NCBI GenBank assembly: GCA_013239625.1
Contig: MU056000.1
Location: forward strand, 8,552,970 to 8,616,969
Direction of reading: 5' to 3'
Source: Lama guanicoe
Taxonomy: Eukaryota
DNA length: 64,000 nt
In this document: positions 59,868-64,000 of the stretch, in pieces
How the letters are laid out: each line of letters starts with the position of its first letter
Position numbering within the stretch: position 1 is the stretch's first letter
Made by a program: the position numbers and the translations under genes
The notes under the pieces: generated by a model
Told to the model about the DNA's origin: nothing
Databases searched by the model: none
What the model saw: only the letters and a program-made list of their open reading frames with translations

Positions 59868-61599
59868 GCAATGGAGCCGTCTTAAGCTAACCCAACGTAT
59901 CAGCCACAAGAACCCAGTTTCCCTTTCCACCTGGCGACATCAAAAAAAATTTTTAAGTGCAATATTTGCCTGTTTCTCATTCACATCCACGTCCCCAATT
60001 CCTGGTTAGAGTCTGTGAGCTACTGCAGAGAATACCTGTCCAAGGGCTTAGTTCCATAGTTTTAAGTGACATCGAAATTAAGAGACTAAGAGCCTAGCGT
60101 GGTTTATTCATATACTCACCTTATTATGATTGGGTGCTGGGAAGACTTCAAAATTAAAAATTAACAGTGTTTCCTAGTTACCTCTAGTCTCTCCTTCTCT
60201 ACTCAGCAAGCTCTTTGTTGCTTTCCTTTGTTTCAGAGAGGCGTTTCCAACATTTTATGAAGAGGTCACGATGATGGAGATAAATGGGTCTAAAAATGAA
60301 CAGTCTACAGAGTCATTTGCACAAGATTTTTTCCACATACAAAAATTAAGTAATGTGCTTACTAAATATTCAGTGATGAGGGAATATTCTGTTGAATATT
60401 ATGTGCTCCATGATTTAAAGACAATTCAAAATTTTGAATTAATAAAATGTCTTAAAATAGGGGATTGTAAATATCACAAGAATAAATTTAGAACAATAAA
60501 TATTTTATTATAAAAGATAAAACTGAACATATATTGCCAAAATACTTTGGTATTTTCACAGTTGTTTGAAGTTGAGAATAAAATGTAATACAATAGACTA
60601 TAATAGTAAATCCATAACAGTTTATAATCTATACTGTAAATTGATTCTCATCTCTCTCTTTCTCTATCAATCTAAGAAAATGTCACATACATATTTATAA
60701 ATGAAGTCAATGATTTACTAATTTGCACACTATCTGATGAAATATATTACCAAATTACTAATTAGGGATATGTCTCACATTTTTATTCGTATTTTATTGA
60801 TTTCACAGACACAATCTCATATTTACCACGTTTGACTGAAAAACCACAAATGCACTTTCAGCTGAATATTACATCATTTCAATAATATCTTTCAGATTTT
60901 TCTTTTATAATTCACTTTAAACTTCAAATTTAGCCAATGTGTAAGTAATCAATATTTATACACTTTATAGATGTTAATATCAATTTAATAAAAATTATAC
61001 CCACTTATATCATTTTGCACACAAAAGTGGCACTAATTTATAATCACTTATTTGTTTCCAGGAATGCATAACTTCTTAATTGACAATTGTTGAAATTACA
61101 GTATCTTTTATTTATTTTCCAAGTAGCTGGAATAGAGCTTAAATTTAGTAAAGTTTGATACTAAAGCACAGTGAACCCGTTGTACTATTTTAATATCTGA
61201 ATATTCATGGGAAAAGGACAGGAGATCATTTCTTTTTATTAGAAGAAAACAATAGTGATGATAAATTTATGATGACTGCTGAAACACTTTTGTATTTGAA
61301 GATAAAGAGACAATTCAGGGTTATCTATTTCAAATAATTGTAATTCTTGCATATATTCTAAACATTTGGGAGGAAGGGGGAAGTCTGTTCAACTGTAATT
61401 TTATATAGATTGTATCATATTTACTTATGTTGACTTAGAGTTTGAAATAATTCAGGCTCAACTTGAGAACTAAACACTAAAGCACCGTCAAAGCCCTTCT
61501 CGCCTACAGAGAACCAGTTCCTGTATTTGGTATTTATTCTACATGTATACCAAATGTTTGTTTTTTTGCCCATTTTAAACTTTAGAGAAAGTTTTTTTT

Positions 61600-62930
61600 T
61601 TCTGTGTTCTCCCTTTTCTTCCTCCCAAATTACATTTGTGTGAGTGCATATAGCTGTAAGTATTAATTTTCAGTGTGTGCTATTATTTTGCAAGGCTACA
61701 CCACAATTTGCTACCTATTTCCCTGCTGATGAGCTTTAACATTGTTTCGGATATTTTCCTAAGACAACCGGTGCTGTTATGAGCAATTAGATACATGTCA
61801 CTTGTTCACCTGGCTGAGAGATTCTTTAGGACATAACAATGTCTGGAATTTCAGAGTTATCATGTATTTTTTTCCCCCAAATTTCTACTATTATCAAATG
61901 GTCCTCAAAGATCATGTACAATTACCCCTTCCAACAGAAGATACAAAGCATTAATTTGTAACGCTCTCCAGATTTAATTTGCTTGTCTTTGGTTACTAAG
62001 AGGTGGAACAATGATTTTTCAAATGTTTATTGGCCATCTGGATTGCCTCTTCTGCAAATTACCCAATTATATATTTTGTCTATTGGTTCTTCTACTGGAA
62101 TGTCTCTACTGTTTCATTTTTTGTTTTGGAGTTCTTTATTCTTTTCAGAAATAATTATTTGTTGAAGCAAACATAAATATCTTATCTGAAAGTAACTTTT
62201 CCACATTTTTCAAGAAGCTCCTTTTTCACAGTAAAAAAATTATTTTTTTAAGCCAAAGCTGCTTTAATTTTATTGGTATTGTTCATGTTTTGCCTGTGTC
62301 TTCTTTAAAAAAACATCATTTCCTAACTAAAAATATTATCTGTATCTATTAAGTTTATCAGAAATTTGGCTATAATTATGAATCAATTTTTTCTTGACTG
62401 ACATCTTAACAAATGCTAATGTTCCAATCTGTGTACACAGAGATCTTTCAGTTTACTTAGTGCTTTAAAAATATGTGACTTGTCTCTGAAATTCATGTAA
62501 ATCTTTTGTTATGTTTATTTCCGGATATTTTTTCATTGCTGTTGTAAGTGGTGTTCTAACAACTTGGTTTTGCATTTCTTCTAAACAATTATATTATTTT
62601 TATGCTTTTCTAATTTTTATTCCAGGTTATGGATCTGCCACTACTTTTAGCATATTTGTCTTATAACCAACAACCTTGCTCAATTATCTTGTTGATTTTA
62701 ATTATTTTGGGAAATGATTTTATTTTCTGTGGAGACAGTCTTATTGTCAAACATGTGCAAATAATGGTAATTCATTGCTTTAGTTTTTCTTTAAATTGAT
62801 GTCGAGTCAGTTTATGTTGCTTTAGTTTTATTTTTCTAACTTTAATTTCATTTCTTTTACCTTTTAATTTACACTTCTAAGAACTTAAAAACAGAGCTGA
62901 ATTGAGTTGTGATAATGGGTACTTTCAAAA
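61600..62930 (-). mobile_element. Ancient L1 (L1M-type) fragment
   Basis: T-rich degenerate reverse L1 ORF2 motifs (aatgtttattggccat, catgtaaatcttttgttatgtttatttcc). Confidence 0.55.
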
Positions 62931-62959
62931 TTTGAGAAATAATTACTTGTTGAAGCAAA

Positions 62960-63755
62960 CATAGAATAGCTTTTACCACTCTACTTTTATGTTATTCTCA
63001 GCAGAAGCCAAGAATAGAGATGTGGTTATACATGCAGAGGCACTGCCAGTTGGAAATTTAAGGGACAGAGGAAGTGGAACAAAATGAAGGAAGATTGTTG
63101 GACATCTCGGATTCTACAAGATGCGGCCATTGATCCGTTGGGCTATGATCTCTGCTCCTCAAGAAAAGGGAAGAAAGATGCTAACGTGATTCCCAGACCA
63201 TCAGGTCTGCCATTCCTAGCGCAGGCCCAGGGCAGGTCTGGCTCTTGGTTGATTTCAAAGGGTGGAGCTGCTCCTCTGGTTCTGGGACTTGCGTGAGGCC
63301 CTCCTTGCCTAGTGCTGCATCAGGAGCAAGGTCACCACAGAAAGACCCAGGAGTTACACCCCGGTGAGCTGAAGGGACAGGGCAGTCCTGCAGAGCTGTC
63401 GCAGACATGCTGCTTCTCCAGGGGGCCTGGAGGACAGGGCATTGAACCGAAGAGGCTTATCCTTGAACATTAAGTTCTAACAGAATTTGCCTTGCTAGGT
63501 TTTGAACTTGCTTGGAACCCATCACCCTCTTCCTTTCATACATCTGCCTTTTGGAATGGGATTATCTGTCCGATGTCTGACCCATTAATACACATTGGGA
63601 GCACATGACTTGCTTTTTTCCCACAGGTTCACAGCTGGAGAGAAATTTTGCCTCAGGGTGTATCCTACCTCAAGTCCCACCCCTACCTCATTTAGATGCT
63701 GTTGAGATGCAGTTTTGGACTTTGGACTTTCTAGTTGATGCTAGAATTAGTTAAA
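62960..63755 (+). mobile_element. MaLR internal (MLT1-int-like) fragment
   Basis: cacaggttcacagctggagag..ttttggactttggactttctagttgatgctagaattagttaa resembles the 3' end of MaLR internal regions. Confidence 0.6.
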
Positions 63756-64000
63756 CACCATAGCAAATATTTGCTCAATTTTTCACAAATCCAATAAGAT
63801 GCTTTTCTTTTTACCTTCTTTCATTCCTGCTTTTTATTTAAAAAATACTTTCCATATTTACTTGACCTTGAATGTCTGCAAATTTCATCATCTATAGTGT
63901 TGGTGGAGGGATGTCTGATTCTATTCTTTATTGTTTCTCCTGATTTTCCTTAACAGCTTATTTTATTTTGCTTTTATAATTTTGTGTGTGTGATCGTAGA

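Overview
Mammalian genomic DNA, most likely camelid, judged from two tRNA-derived SINEs resembling the camelid Vic-1 family. The only gene I can support is the 5' end of CTNND2 (delta-catenin) on the minus strand. It consists of a CpG-island promoter (~18.2-20.3 kb), a GC-rich first exon interrupted by an 88-N gap, a 37-nt first coding segment (MFTRRQSGAAPF+G, 18986->18950) and a canonical GTGAGT donor. Positions 1-18949 are therefore intron 1, and everything beyond ~20 kb is upstream gene desert filled with L1, L2, MIR, MaLR/ERV LTRs and DNA-transposon fossils. A ~2.4 kb-offset duplication flanked by N gaps (35.4-39.6 kb) is probably an assembly or haplotype artefact. I found no convincing new multi-gene system. 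The best leads are regulatory: a well-contexted uORF containing a perfect 10-bp palindrome upstream of a weak-context start codon, tandem repeats running into the 5'UTR gap, and a gene-facing solo ERV LTR with intact TATA/CCAAT but a degraded polyA signal. Repeat family names and most repeat boundaries were assigned by eye and are approximate.
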